From the IMG/VR virus record IMGVR_UViG_3300035497_000412: DNA of 64,000 nt. One strand, written 5' to 3'. Below, piece after piece: positions 1-11,397 of the stretch. Every line of letters starts with the position of its first letter. The first letter of the stretch is position 1. Under the pieces are notes generated by a model that worked only from the letters and a program-made list of their open reading frames with translations, was not told the DNA's origin and did no database searches. A program made the translations under genes and the position numbers. Source of the stretch: a virus (lineage: Duplodnaviria > Caudoviricetes).

Positions 1-1521
1 TTCAGAAGAAGATTTAGACTGACCTAAAATGTCCTCACTACTCAAAGTAGAACTCATTAAAGGCGGAATCATAATTTCGCTCAAATTCAGAATCTCATTT
101 TCAAAAACAGCTGTATTTAAGATAAAGCTCTGAGAATGCCCAAGCGCAATTTGCGGCAGCATCTTAGAGCAACCAGATTGAGCTTGCTCTTTATACATCT
201 TAGAAACTTCTTTATAGTTATATTGCGTGGTTTCCAGCATATGGAAATAAAAACTATACTTTTTACTAACTGACTTTCTTTTTAAAGCCCTGTTATAAAA
301 AGCACCTATTTGCAATAGTAAATCTCTCATCATAGATTCATCATTTAAAATTGATTTCTCCAATGATAAATTACCATCTGTATTAAATAGATTCTAAGAA
401 ATACCAAAAGAGTTAAATGCAGCTCTTTCAATTCGCTCTAAGTCATCAGTGCTTGTCGCAGTATTACTATCTGATAAATCGATAGAACTAACATCAGTAA
501 AAGTAGTTAAAACATCAGTACCGACTGCGTGTTTAAGCATTTCGACAGCATTATTATGAATATCTCTAGCTTCATCAACATCAAAAATTAAATCACCATT
601 TTTATCTAATGGAAGTGTTTGAACTACAACTTTTAAAAGCTTCTGCATTTGCTTGCGACGGTCCAACTCTTGCGCTTCATCCAAATCTAATAAAGAAGGA
701 ATTGCTGTAACAAAAGGAGGCGTATCATTACCATTTAAATTAAATTTTATTGAATACTCAGGGTCTAATAAATACCAACCAGAAGTATCAGTATAACGCC
801 ATTGACCTGGTTCAGTCCTTGTAATATCCTAAGTCAACTTTCCTTGCTTATAAAGCATATACCCTTTCTTAAATTCATTCGGAAAAAGATTCAGAACTTT
901 CATACGATAATTAATATCACTAAAAGTATCAAAAAACTTCATGTTAAATTCTACTGCTGGATTATCTCCAACATTGTACCTAGAGCGGCAATAGTTAGCT
1001 GGTAATTGCTGGATAACTATTCTATCTTTTGAATCAATTAAGTATCCATAATAACATCCATTTTTAACGACCTCTAGTGCAATTTCTCCGCAAGTTTTTT
1101 TGATATTAGAATTATCTAAATAATTAAGAACCGAAGAAAAATCTTTTAAAATCTTTTCTGTTTTAGCTGTACTATCAAATACATTTGGCTCTACATACCA
1201 ATCATATCTATATAAGAATCCAGTATAATTACACACTCGCTTATAAATACCATTAACATTATAATAATAATTTGAAATAGCTCTAAGTTCAGCAACATCA
1301 TTCCTAGCGAGACAATTTAAAATATAGTTTTTATCTCCAAACTCTCGCCTTGGCCCAGCCTTTTTATAGCTTCCAAGATTTAACACCGCATCATCAAGAG
1401 TTTTAACGCCGACTTTAACACTCTTGTATTCAGTTCCTTCCGCAGAAGAATACTGTCTAAAAGAATTCATGTCAAAACCTTTTTCATGAATTTCTTCAGA
1501 CCTTGTTTTATTTTCGTCCAA
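1..1521 (-). CDS. Portal protein (runs off window start; two in-frame TAG read as Gln)
   Basis: ORFs 829..1521 and 394..684 share a frame; the only breaks are TAG at 829-831 and 394-396, and the frame stays open to position 1 (..GISQNLFNTDGNLSLEKSILNDES..). Lies downstream of terL; portal call is from synteny and resemblance. Confidence 0.75.
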
Positions 1522-1536
1522 GCACTTTCACCCCCT

Positions 1537-1896
1537 TTACCAATCATAAGCTCGTTTCATTATATAATCATATGATATTAAATTTTCCTCATGATAAGGG
1601 ATTTCTATCAATCTAATATCATGCAGGGCGCAAAATCTTCGCTTTTTATTGTCATTAAATTGTTGTTGATAAAGGCCCTTTTTACCACCAAATTTTGGAC
1701 TAGCTTCATAATGCTATCTTCCTTGATACTCAATTAAAAAATCAAGATTTCCATCATCATCGAAAACAGCAAAATCAAAGCGTAAGGGGCGACCAGATGG
1801 ACTATTCAAACCTGGAAAAATATATTCCTCTTTAAAATTTATATTATTACTTTCAAGTATTTCATGAATTTTAATTTCTCCTCTTGAACTTTTCAT
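1537..1896 (-). CDS. PD-(D/E)xK (Vsr/DUF559-like) endonuclease, 119 aa
   Basis: LRFDFAV...IEYQGR[TAG]HY...DNKKRRFC...LIEIPY; TAG at 1714-1716 falls on the Q of the EYxGxQHY motif. Confidence 0.8.
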
Positions 1897-1974
1897 CTTC
1901 GATAAAACCTCCTTACTTATTTATCTAATATTTTTAAAAAATAAGTAAGAAGGATTTTATCTTTTCGTCCACTT

Positions 1975-4900
1975 TTAATTGAAAAAAGCCCATTCTTTTG
2001 CATTAAATTTCTTATGCTTCTTCTTACTATCTTCTTCTTGTTTTATATAATACAATCCATAACACAATGAGGAAAATTTATCTTTTCCGATTCGTTTATT
2101 AGATCGCTTTAAAATAATATTAATACCTTCTGCTTCTTCTTTAAGGTTTAACAACTCTTCTTTTAAAATATCTGTTAAAACAAAAGGCATCAAATAAGAA
2201 TCTCTTTGTTCTGGAGTCATATTCTGACCCAATCTAGTACCCATTAAGCTATTTTTAGCCAATCGTGCTTCGCGCAAGAATTTAATCTTTCCACTTTCAA
2301 TCTAACTTTTAATAGTAGAAAAAGCTTCAGTGTTAACAGGAGCATTTGCTTTCATAATATAAATAGCTTCATCTTCTGTATCATTAGTTCTGAATCTCTT
2401 ATATTCTTGCGTGGCATCATCTTGCGTTCCACCATAAACTCCAAATGGAGGATAATATTCACCACCTCGGTCTTGTGATTTAACCATGTAATCAATAAGA
2501 CCAATGCCCAGGCCGTTTCCGTCTATCACAACTCGTTTTGCCTTATATTGGTAAAATAATTTTTTAATCGTAATAGCCTAATCCTCCATGTGCATATCTT
2601 CATACACAAAGATATTCACTAAATTCTTTATTGAAGAGCCTTGCGGCTATGGTGTTACTTTCAATGCACAAATAACTGTTTGGTCTCCTTTGCGGCCTAC
2701 GTCTACAGATAGTATATAATAAGCCTATGAAGAAGACCTCCCTGAATATTCATATTCAGGCTTTTGTAAAATTCTATTTCTATCAAACTTTTCACCATCA
2801 AAGAAAGCATCCTCAACTGTTCCAGTCCATTTACTTTCCATTTTTCCTTGCGATATTTCGCTAATATCTCTCTGGCTTTCACCAGAAGGTGAGATCATAT
2901 CATCTACATAACGCCACACGAAACCTTTATATGTTTTAATTTTACCACGACAACATTCACCAATATGCGCATGGCTTTTAAGACCGAGCGCACGAGTAGC
3001 AGTTCCAACAGATGGATAAGTTGTAATATACTTTCCATTTAAATCATATTGATTTACCGCTTTAGCTCTTCCATTGTTTTTATAATTCTTAACTTCACCC
3101 AACTCTGAAGAATAAGACCAATAAAAGTTACCGCTTAAAGCTTTAACATCTTTATTTAACTCTTGTAAAATAATCGAATAATTTACTTTAGTAGCTGCGG
3201 AAGCATCGGCCGCAGTCAAATATTCAGCAACTAATTGTTTATCTTTATTAAAGCAAAAAACGTGATTATATTTTCTTAATTCATTTTCTAATGCGTCTTC
3301 TGAAGTAGCCCATTCAAGATTATCTACACAATTATTCAATTTGTTGCCATCAATATGATTAACTTGGTCCTCTTTATCATCTGTCTTTTCAATAAAAGCT
3401 TCTGCTACTAGTCTATGGGCGTAACATCTTTTTTTCTTTCCAGAAGGTAAAGTCAAATTATAAGAAAAATAACCATTTCTTTCATTTACCTGCCCTTTTA
3501 GATATTTGTTAGTGTTTGAATTAAAACATTTTCCGTCTTGTGTGATATAATATGAGGTACTGATATTATCAATAATAATATTTTTCATAATAACAACCTT
3601 TCGTTATTTTTGTAGTATTGCGCTGCTTAACGCTTTGTTAAGTCTTGATCGTTGAACCTTCTCCTTGCGGAGCTTGGCTGCTGATTGTCCAATCCAGTTT
3701 ATTTTTAAAACATTCGTGCGGATAACTGCACTGTAGTTAAACTGGCTCTAAGGAGTTCCCAGCAATTCACAATATTTAAAGAGTACAAAAGTCTATACTC
3801 TCGTTCAAAGGATGCTTCATTAAACGTTGTATCTTTCTTTAATCCCAGAATGAATGATTTAGATTGGAGGCCAGTTACTACTGGTCATTTTTTTTTGATT
3901 TAATGGACTATATCATCATTAACAAATTTCCACTTATAATTATTGCATTTTTTTTGTTTACTTAAACATACAGCACTGATACCTTTTCTATTAGAATTGG
4001 TCTATCTGGCCGCATCAGAAACGCTATCAAATATTTTAATTATTTCATCTTGTTCATTCAACTAAGCAACTCTTTTTTTTCTACCTCTATCTTCTGGAAT
4101 AAAATCTTCTTCCCATTTCCAAATAAAACCTCCGGAAGTTTTCCTTGTCCCATTAGCAACCTCTCGTATTTTAGAAGCTCCTGTAGCTCTTACAGCATCA
4201 GTTAAGCTCTAAAAAGTTTGCAAGTATTCTCCTTGTAGATTATATTGCTTTACTGGTCTTAATATGTGAGCATGGTTTAATCCATTTCCCCATGCGTGTT
4301 GATTATTTTCTGAAGAAGTATTCCATTCTAAATTTTCTAAACGATTATTTTCTTTATCCCCATCTTTATGATTTACGGTTAAATTTTCCATATTTTGAAC
4401 TGGAATAAAATTTTCAGCCACTAATCTATGTCCAGTTATATAGATAGGATTACCATTTAAATATAAATTAAATTCTATATAACCATTCTATTTCTAATTT
4501 CCTTTTATTAATTCCTTGGTAGAGTAGTTTCTTACCTATCCATCATCTGAAATTTCATAATTTAATATTTGATCTTTATAATTAATTCTTTTCCACATAA
4601 ATTTTTACAACTCCTTTCTAAAGTATATAAAAATTATTCTGGAACATGGAATGGAAGTTGTCCATTTTTTTTTGTTAATGCGAAGCGCTTCAGCCAGTGA
4701 TAAAATCTGGCTTACAGGATTACACTCATCATCCTTAGTCTCTACACTTTCTTTTACTCATCATAAAAGCTTAGCACGGGATAAAGTTATCTCTCTTCCC
4801 CCGTTAGCCCAGTTGGCTTGGACACCGCTTTTTCTTGCGTTCACTTCGTTTTAGGCGCACACCACTCTATGCGCCATGTGCCTCCCATAATATAAGCTTC

Positions 4901-6552
4901 ATCTGGTTTAACTATCATTTGAGTTAAAGTTTGAATTAATTTATCATAACTATAAGTATTTTTATAGCCTGCGGTAGTTCCTTTTATTCCACACAGCTCG
5001 CTATTTCTATGTGCGTTCTCTTATGAACTGCTATATATTCCTATATAGAGTAGACTATATCTTCACCTTCAACTTTACTTGTTAAGGGCCTCCCGCTTCG
5101 ACTCGCTTGAGTCTACGTCATTCGACTAGTCGTTGAACCTTCTCCTTGCGGAGCTTGGCTGCTGATTGTCCGTTCTGGACTTCCCAGCAATTCAAGAGGT
5201 TTGCTTTTGCTAATTTCTTAACAATGATACTAATTAAATTAATATAAATTTGACTTTGATTTAATGTTTCAGATTCTTGTGTTGTACCATCCATGCACTA
5301 ACGAGACACGTTCATTAGCAATTATATTGGACTATATCATCAACTATATAAAAATAGCTGTCACGCGCTTCGATCGGTGATAAAATCCGATCTACAAGAT
5401 TACACTCATCATCTTTAGTCTCTACACTTTCTTCTATTCAACATAGAAGCTTAGCACGGGATTCTCTTTTGAAGTTCCCCGTTAGCCCAATTAACTTGGA
5501 CACCCCTTTATCACGGGTTCACGCAATTTTCTTTAGTGATTCACACCACTAAGCCCCCTAATGTCGAGGGATAATAATTTGCTAGAGCATATCTTGGTCA
5601 ACACCAACGCATTCTTCTATAACTCCTGCGTGTTTGCGCAAGCCACGAGAACTCTCTCTAGCTGCAACGTTTTCAATATCTGAACCATTTTTAAGAATAA
5701 TTTTACACTTATCTTTACCCATTTGGGTCTAACCTCGACGCCAGTCTATTTCTCGTTTAAACGCTGGTATCTTAGCACAAATATCATTAACTTTCTCTTG
5801 CAAGATTTGAGAACTTTGTTCTTTTCCTCCAGCAGTAGTAAACTAATGAGACCCTGGATATAAAATTCCTCTAATTAATAAAATCATAACTGAAAGGAAA
5901 GATTTTGAATCTTTATATTCTAATAAGTTCGCAACGCTTATTACGTTCTCCAATGAACTGCTTATATTTTCATATAAGAATAGACTATATCACGCTTTAT
6001 TATGTTAATAAAGCCCTCCTTTTTCGATTTAAGGGGTTCTCACCCGCCGCATTAACTTCGGCCCTACTCCTATTGCTTCTATTTTTATTCCGAGGAAGCT
6101 TTCTCAGGATAGTCGTTGAAGTTTATAAATAAATCATTTATATTACCTGCGGATTCCCATATTAAAGTAACTTAGGGTTCCCGCATTTTAAGAGGTTTGT
6201 CCACAGAGATCATATGAAGCTCTCTGATTTGGCGCAATTCAATTTACGCTCTCGGATATACAGCATAAACATATTTATATCTCATGCCTATTCTTAAAAA
6301 TACCCTCTAATAAAAAAATAAATTAAAGGTTATTTTTATTTCTTTTCCGTCATGATTCTTATAATAAATGCCATCTTCTTTTTCATAAGTTGGCTTGCCA
6401 CCAGTCTACATAAAATCTACGAATAAATCAGGATATTCTCTCCAAAAGGCAAAGTATTGCCGCAAGACAGGCTTAATTGGGAGGATGCGTTCTTCGGAAA
6501 TGCCAATCTTCTTTTTATTGTTATTAATTAATAATAAATCTTCTAACGCCAT
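1975..6552 (-). CDS. terL: Terminase large subunit, 597 aa after splicing; exons 6552-6246, 5910-5567, 5318-5242, 4979-4869, 3885-3795, 2838-1975; 10 in-frame TAG
   Basis: Spliced frame gives FY[Q]RVFLR, Walker A PRAYSKS, Walker B VIEE, YITTAG, FEREYESKW, nuclease SVDVGR and KDKFSS; exon lengths sum to 1794 nt. Confidence 0.92.
2725..3588 (-). CDS. Intron-encoded HNH homing endonuclease; no stop inside the intron, frame continues into terL exon 6
   Basis: HRLVAEAF..VNHIDGNKLNNCVDNLEW plus NUMOD1-like repeats; last 37 aa are terL exon 6; first stop is TAG. Confidence 0.88.
   Translation of the reverse strand: MKNIIIDNISTSYYITQDGKCFNSNTNKYLKGQVNERNGYFSYNLTLPSGKKKRCYAHRLVAEAFIEKTDDKEDQVNHIDGNKLNNCVDNLEWATSEDALENELRKYNHVFCFNKDKQLVAEYLTAADASAATKVNYSIILQELNKDVKALSGNFYWSYSSELGEVKNYKNNGRAKAVNQYDLNGKYITTYPSVGTATRALGLKSHAHIGECCRGKIKTYKGFVWRYVDDMISPSGESQRDISEISQGKMESKWTGTVEDAFFDGEKFDRNRILQKPEYEYSGRSSS
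2839..3794 (-). mobile_element. Group I intron 5 of terL (956 nt) carrying an HNH homing endonuclease
   Basis: AATTGCTGGGAA / AATCAGCAG / TTCAACGATCA / GATATGATC (variant P7); guide ACTTTT-G-TACTC; removal restores EREY|ESKW. Confidence 0.92.
3886..4868 (-). mobile_element. Group I intron 4 of terL (983 nt) carrying an HNH homing endonuclease
   Basis: Core similar to intron 2; guide TGGT-G-TGCGCC pairs with exons ACCA and GGCGCAT; ORF lies between R and S. Confidence 0.92.
3900..4598 (-). CDS. Intron-encoded HNH homing endonuclease (NUMOD4-HNH-NUMOD1 type), 232 aa, six in-frame TAG
   Basis: SD AAAGGAG, MWKRI..YEISDDG[Q]VRN..HRLVAENF..VNHKDGDKENNRLENLEW..; ends across the intron S element (GAT ATA GTC CAT TAA). 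Confidence 0.88.
4980..5241 (-). ncRNA. Group I intron 3 of terL (262 nt)
   Basis: AATTGCTGGGAA / AATCAGCAG / TTCAACGACTA / AAGATATAGTC; removal restores YITTAGY. Confidence 0.9.
5319..5566 (-). ncRNA. Group I intron 2 of terL (248 nt)
   Basis: GCTAACGGGGAA / AATCCCGTG / TGTAGAGACTA / TGATATAGTC; guide CATTAG-GGGG pairs with 3' exon CTAATG and 5' exon CCCT. Confidence 0.92.
5911..6245 (-). ncRNA. Group I intron 1 of terL (335 nt, no ORF), inside Walker A
   Basis: Exon ends in U, intron ends in G; P AAAATGCGGGAA, Q AATCCGCAG, R TTCAACGACTA, S TGATATAGTC; guide TTGAAT-T-GCGC pairs with both exons. Confidence 0.92.
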
Positions 6553-6554
6553 AA

Positions 6555-7787
6555 TTAATCATCTCTCAACTGAATTGAATAAGTCAATTCATCTTCATCT
6601 TTCCATTTTTCTTCCAATTGTGCTAATTCCTGGAAATCCGCATCCTCTACAATAGAATCTTCACTATTGTAATCAAACAAAGCATCCTCTTCACTTTGTT
6701 CTTTTTCGCCAACTGAGAATACACTCGCTTCTTGAATAGCTTTCTTTTCGTCTTCAATAGCTTTAAGACTATTCTCAATTAACTGCCCAAGACCTTGTTC
6801 ATTTTCAACTAGCTCTCTAAGATAAATCTAATTATCTTGAATAACTCTATCAACCTTATCTTTTGGACTATCAACATAATACCTTGGAATAAAACCATCT
6901 GTTTCACAAAGCGCAACTAACTCTCCAATAGAGTCAATTAATTCAGCTTCCTCGGTTTTATTCTGAGCCGCTGTCCATTTTCCTGATTTCATAAAATTGT
7001 CATAGACTCTTGACATCTTTTGGGCGCCTTCAATATCCCCTAAGTCCAAAAGTTGGTTAGCTTTTAGACTAGATTTACACGCAAGCTTTAACGTATTAAT
7101 ATCACCTGCGGTTTGAATATCATAAGACGCCATCATTTCCTAGAACAATTGTTCTAGCTAAACCCACTCTTCAGGCTTATATAATTTACCCCATTTAATG
7201 CGCAAATAGTTGCGGTCCTCATCAGTTAAATCAATATTGGAATCCGCAGTATCACCAATATTTTCTAACTCTCGCTCGGACGCATAATTCTCTTGCGGAT
7301 CGGGTTCATCTTCATATACCGGTTGCGCAAGATCCTCAGTCGGCATGGAAAAAGTTGCCTTCTATATTACTTCTGTAATCTGCGCTGCATCATATCCCTG
7401 ACGCTTCATCGCCTGTTCTATTTTATTATTTGCTAGCTATTGGAGAAACTCGTTATCTTTCCAACGATAATCCTTAAATTGCTTCAACTTCATTTTTGAA
7501 ACATAGCGACCAATAATGGTTGTTCCACCTACTTTAGAACGGTCTTTTCCATAAGTAGCTAAAAGTTTATTCCATTCATCTGGAATATAGGGGACGTCTA
7601 TCTCTTGTAATATCCATAAGTAGGTATCAGGGTCCCAGTTATCAACGTGCATTGTTAAACACTTTTTACACTAGGTCATTTTTCCTTCATTGGGATACTT
7701 TTCCAAATTATTAGAAGTATAAAATTCGCTCCCACGCATAGTTTTACGACATTTTTCGCAATAATAAGTCATATTATTATCTGTCAT
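6555..7787 (-). CDS. Conserved phage protein with N-terminal CxxC..CxxC zinc finger, 410 aa (possible small terminase by position)
   Basis: ORFs 7437..7652, 7158..7346 and 6828..7136 join through TAG codons into one frame from ATG 7787 to TAA 6555, ending 2 nt before the terL start. Confidence 0.7.
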
Positions 7788-7802
7788 AGATTAGCCCTCC
7801 TT

Positions 7803-8852
7803 TTACTAAGTTTTCTTATTCCTACATTCTTTACAAATACTATAATATCCGTCTCTACTAGTTTTATTTTTACTAAAATATTTATTATGAGCTAATTTAA
7901 TCTTGCCGCATCTGCTGCATTTCTTATATTTGCCGCGTTTAACTTCCTGATAATACCAATTTAAGTATTCGTCTTCAGCCTCAGCCGCAATTATCTTTGG
8001 AATTTTATTTCTCCATAAGCTGGAAATATATTCTGCACTATGTTTAATTCCAAATTCTACCTGAATTGCCACTTGGATATCCATATTCTGCATTCCATCG
8101 ATTTTATATTCAACAATTCGCTCGTATAAAGGATAATCTTTCAAAGCCTTATCACTTACTTTATCAAAATCATTGATTAAATACCAAGTGTCACCATCAA
8201 AATAATCCCAACTATCTTCCTTTAACTTCGCATAATTACACAAGATAGCTGAACAGACTTTCGGATCCATGAGAGAAACACCTTTGGGAATTGGAAAGCC
8301 GTCTTCATCAAATTCCATTGTCTCATCCTCCAAGCGCACATAGTTCTTTGAGCGCACAATCTTATTAGGAACAATAGGTTTGCGGTAAGCAGCTTTAATT
8401 AAATACTGTTCTCTGTGCATATCAATTAAAGTTTTCTTAATAATATAAGCTTCTCTACCTTCTGAGACTTTCTGTAGTTGAGTCCATTTATCGATCGCGT
8501 CTTGCAGCTGCCGCAAAGGCTCAATTTCTTCCAAATCCTTCTTAGTGATTTTAACCTTTGGCTGGAAAATAATTTGTTTATCATTGGAAATTAAATTGTA
8601 AATCCCATCTTCGCCATTTTCCAGTTGAGACACTAAACCCTCAAAAGAAGTTTCTCTCTTGTTCACAGTCATCATTCTATTTTCAGTAAGAATTTTCTTT
8701 TGTTTCTTTTCTTGTTTTTCCATACATAAAATTAAATAATCAGCTAAAACTTCTAAATACTTCTCTGTTGGATTTGGGGTTTCTGCTAAAATCTACTTGA
8801 CTAGCTCATTTCTATCTTCAGGATTCTCTAAAGAATAATCAAGTTTTATCAC
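7803..8852 (-). CDS. Hypothetical protein with HTH-like segment and C-terminal zinc finger
   Basis: SD GGAGGTG then GTG 8852; one internal TAG; ends TAG-TAA; CSRCG..SICKEC. Confidence 0.7.
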
Positions 8853-9069
8853 TTATTTTTTCACCTCCAGTCATTAATAATATTATACTAAAAATTTTTC
8901 GTTTTGTCAAATTCGACCAAAAATTTTTGTTGACTTTTTAAAAAATTTTTTGTATAATATTTATAGAAAAAAGAGAGAAAAAAACATGAGGGGGCGCATA
9001 ATTTTTTCTCTCTAATAATAATAAATATAAGAGTTCTGTTAAAAAACAAATAGTAGGTAGGTTTTTACT

Positions 9070-9747
9070 ATGGAAGATGTAAAAAATTATACAAAAAAAT
9101 GGAAAGCCGCAATCTCTAAATCTATACGACCAACTAATATTCCTAGACTGGCTATTGTCCAAGTGGGAGAAGATGAAGGGTCTAATTGCTACGCAAAAGG
9201 AATTATCAAGGATTGCGTTGAAGTCGGAGTAAAATATTTCTGGCTAAAATTTAGTGCAAATATTACTAAATCTGAATTTATGGATGCTATTGTTAAATGT
9301 AGGAGTCTTTATGATAAGATTATTGTAATGGAACCACTACCGGCGCATATCCAAATTAAGGAAATTCAGAATGATATTTCCATTTCTACTCCAGAAGCAA
9401 TTGTGAGATATTTGGAAGATAGCGGCTGGGAAATTTCTGGAAAAAACATTTTGGTTATTGGGCGCGGCAATACGGTCGGTAGGCCACTCGCGCAATTGCT
9501 AACAGATAAAGATGCTACTGTGACACTGGCGCATTCTAAGAGTAGAGATATTATCGGACTGGCGAGTAAGGCTGATTTGGTTATTACTGCTGTTGGAAAA
9601 AAGAATTTTTTAGACTGCGCGCAAATTGAATGCCCTGTTATTGATGTAAATGGCGAGTGTTATAATACCGAGGGTAAAGAAATTATTAAAAATATTGGGC
9701 TACTTACTAGATGTATGCTACTGGAGAAATTGGAGGAAGAGAAATAA
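9070..9747 (+). CDS. folD: FolD-like methylenetetrahydrofolate dehydrogenase/cyclohydrolase (short, divergent)
   Basis: LAIVQVGED, VIGRGNTVGRPLAQLL..ATVTLAHS..ADLVITAVGK..VIDV. Confidence 0.85.
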   Translation: MEDVKNYTKKWKAAISKSIRPTNIPRLAIVQVGEDEGSNCYAKGIIKDCVEVGVKYFWLKFSANITKSEFMDAIVKCRSLYDKIIVMEPLPAHIQIKEIQNDISISTPEAIVRYLEDSGWEISGKNILVIGRGNTVGRPLAQLLTDKDATVTLAHSKSRDIIGLASKADLVITAVGKKNFLDCAQIECPVIDVNGECYNTEGKEIIKNIGLLTRCMLLEKLEEEK

Positions 9748-10010
9748 TGAAGTTAATTGCACAGAATGCTGTTCGTAAGGTTGATAATCTGGGTAGAGTT
9801 GTGCTACCCAAGGGACTGAGAAACCAATACACAATTAAGGAAGGCGATGAGCTGGACGCCTTTGTTCTGGTGGATGGTGATAATGAATATATTTGTTTCC
9901 AAGTTCAGGGAGAGAAGCGAGTCGATCCTAAGTATGCGGCTGCTATTGAGGTCCTGAAGGAACTGGAATGTGAAGTGCCTGAAGTCTTGGCAGCGAAGAC
10001 GGGAGACTAA
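9747..10010 (+). CDS. abrB: AbrB/SpoVT-family transcription regulator
   Basis: VRKVDNLGRVVLPKGLRNQYTIKEGDEL; ATG overlaps folD stop. Confidence 0.85.
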   Translation: MKLIAQNAVRKVDNLGRVVLPKGLRNQYTIKEGDELDAFVLVDGDNEYICFQVQGEKRVDPKYAAAIEVLKELECEVPEVLAAKTGD

Positions 10011-10549
10011 AAGGGACATAGTAAATTTTTAAAAGAAAAGAGGAAAATGGAATAGGGACGGAAAAATCCTAAATAAGGTTCCGTGTTTTGGAATTTAAAA
10101 TGGGTTTAGGATTTTTTATTGGGCAGAGCGAAGCAAAAAACAAAAATTAAAAAAATTTTTTCCCGAAACTATGCCCCCTATTTTTTTCTCCTTTGCTCTA
10201 CTGCTGGAAAAAATTGCGAGGTCTATTGTCACCTCTCTGGCGCTGGTCAGTCACGACGACACAGGCACCCCTCCCTGCGGCTACACAACGAAGCACTTCA
10301 TCGGCTCGCTGATGGCCAAAGCGAGCCGACTTTGGTAATTAAAAAAAGTATACAAACTTTTACACAATTTTTTGTGCATTTTACCAATTGACTTTTTCTC
10401 CCGGAAGTAGAGTAACACTTTGTAAAATAAATTTAATATTTTTAACCAGTTAATTTGGTAATTATTTTTAATCCTCTATTAATAATTACCAAATTATTTT
10501 TTTGCTCAATCTTTTCCTCTCTAACCCTCCTAAAAACTCCGAGGGCAGT

Positions 10550-11397
10550 ATTAGTTAGTTATAACTAACCAACTAATTTAATTAACTCTCTTGAAAATTA
10601 ATTTCAGTTAGTTATCACTAACCAAATACCCTTTTCCAAAAGATGGCAGAAAGCATTTAGTTCTTTGCCTACACCCCCAACCTGCGCGAGTAGCCTAGCA
10701 CTAGGACACTAAGCAGCAGGCAAGCGCGCAACGACAGAGAGAGAGCAAGAGATGCACAGAGCGTTAGTTAGTACTAACCAACTAATGGTCTTCGTCAACG
10801 ACTGCTAAAAACGCTAGCTTTAGCACTTTAAAGCGTTAAAGTAAATTAGTACTAACAACCAGTCAAATGGAAGAATCTACCAAAATCCTTAAACCTTTCG
10901 TCAAAATGACGAAAATAAGAAAATTCTAAAATTAGGTCTTGATAAACGCGCTATCTTGTGATATACTAACCATAGTAAGAGAAAGAAAGATCCTCAAGGG
11001 GTTAGGTAAAAAGAAAGAGGTAAGCATTATGAAGACTATGGCACACGTTATCGAGAGAGATATCTTTGGTACTAATGTAACTGCTAACTATTGGGCAGAA
11101 GTCATTCACACCTACACTACCCATTCTCCTAGTGGACTAAGAGAAATGATTGAACTGAGTAATGGTAAAAAGATGAAGGCTGACGCTGCGGAGGCTATTG
11201 TCTATGTGTTCTAACCCCCCAGCCAGCCAAGGCCAATAGAGCCGATAGAGAGAAAGTGAACAATAGATAGAAAGAGCAAGGCTTGCACAACAGAGAGGAG
11301 TGCAAGCCTTATACACAATACAGAGAGATAGAAAGACAGAGAGCACAGAGCGAGAGAGACAAGGATAGCATGAGTTAGTTAGTACTAACCAACTAAC
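10550..11397. repeat. TTAGTTAG(TA)CTAACCAACTAA palindromes interleaved with purine-rich tracts
   Basis: Copies near 10551, 10607, 10764, 10846, 11374; GTTAG-N6-CTAAC cores also near 14526, 15718, 15824. Confidence 0.7.
11029..11214 (+). CDS. Small hypothetical protein
   Basis: Own promoter, SD GAGG, ATG 11029. Confidence 0.6.
   Translation: MKTMAHVIERDIFGTNVTANYWAEVIHTYTTHSPSGLREMIELSNGKKMKADAAEAIVYVF

Noticed and set aside
394-8723. Short minus-strand ORFs as separate genes or pseudogenes
   Set aside because: They join in frame through TAG codons and intron removal into full-length proteins
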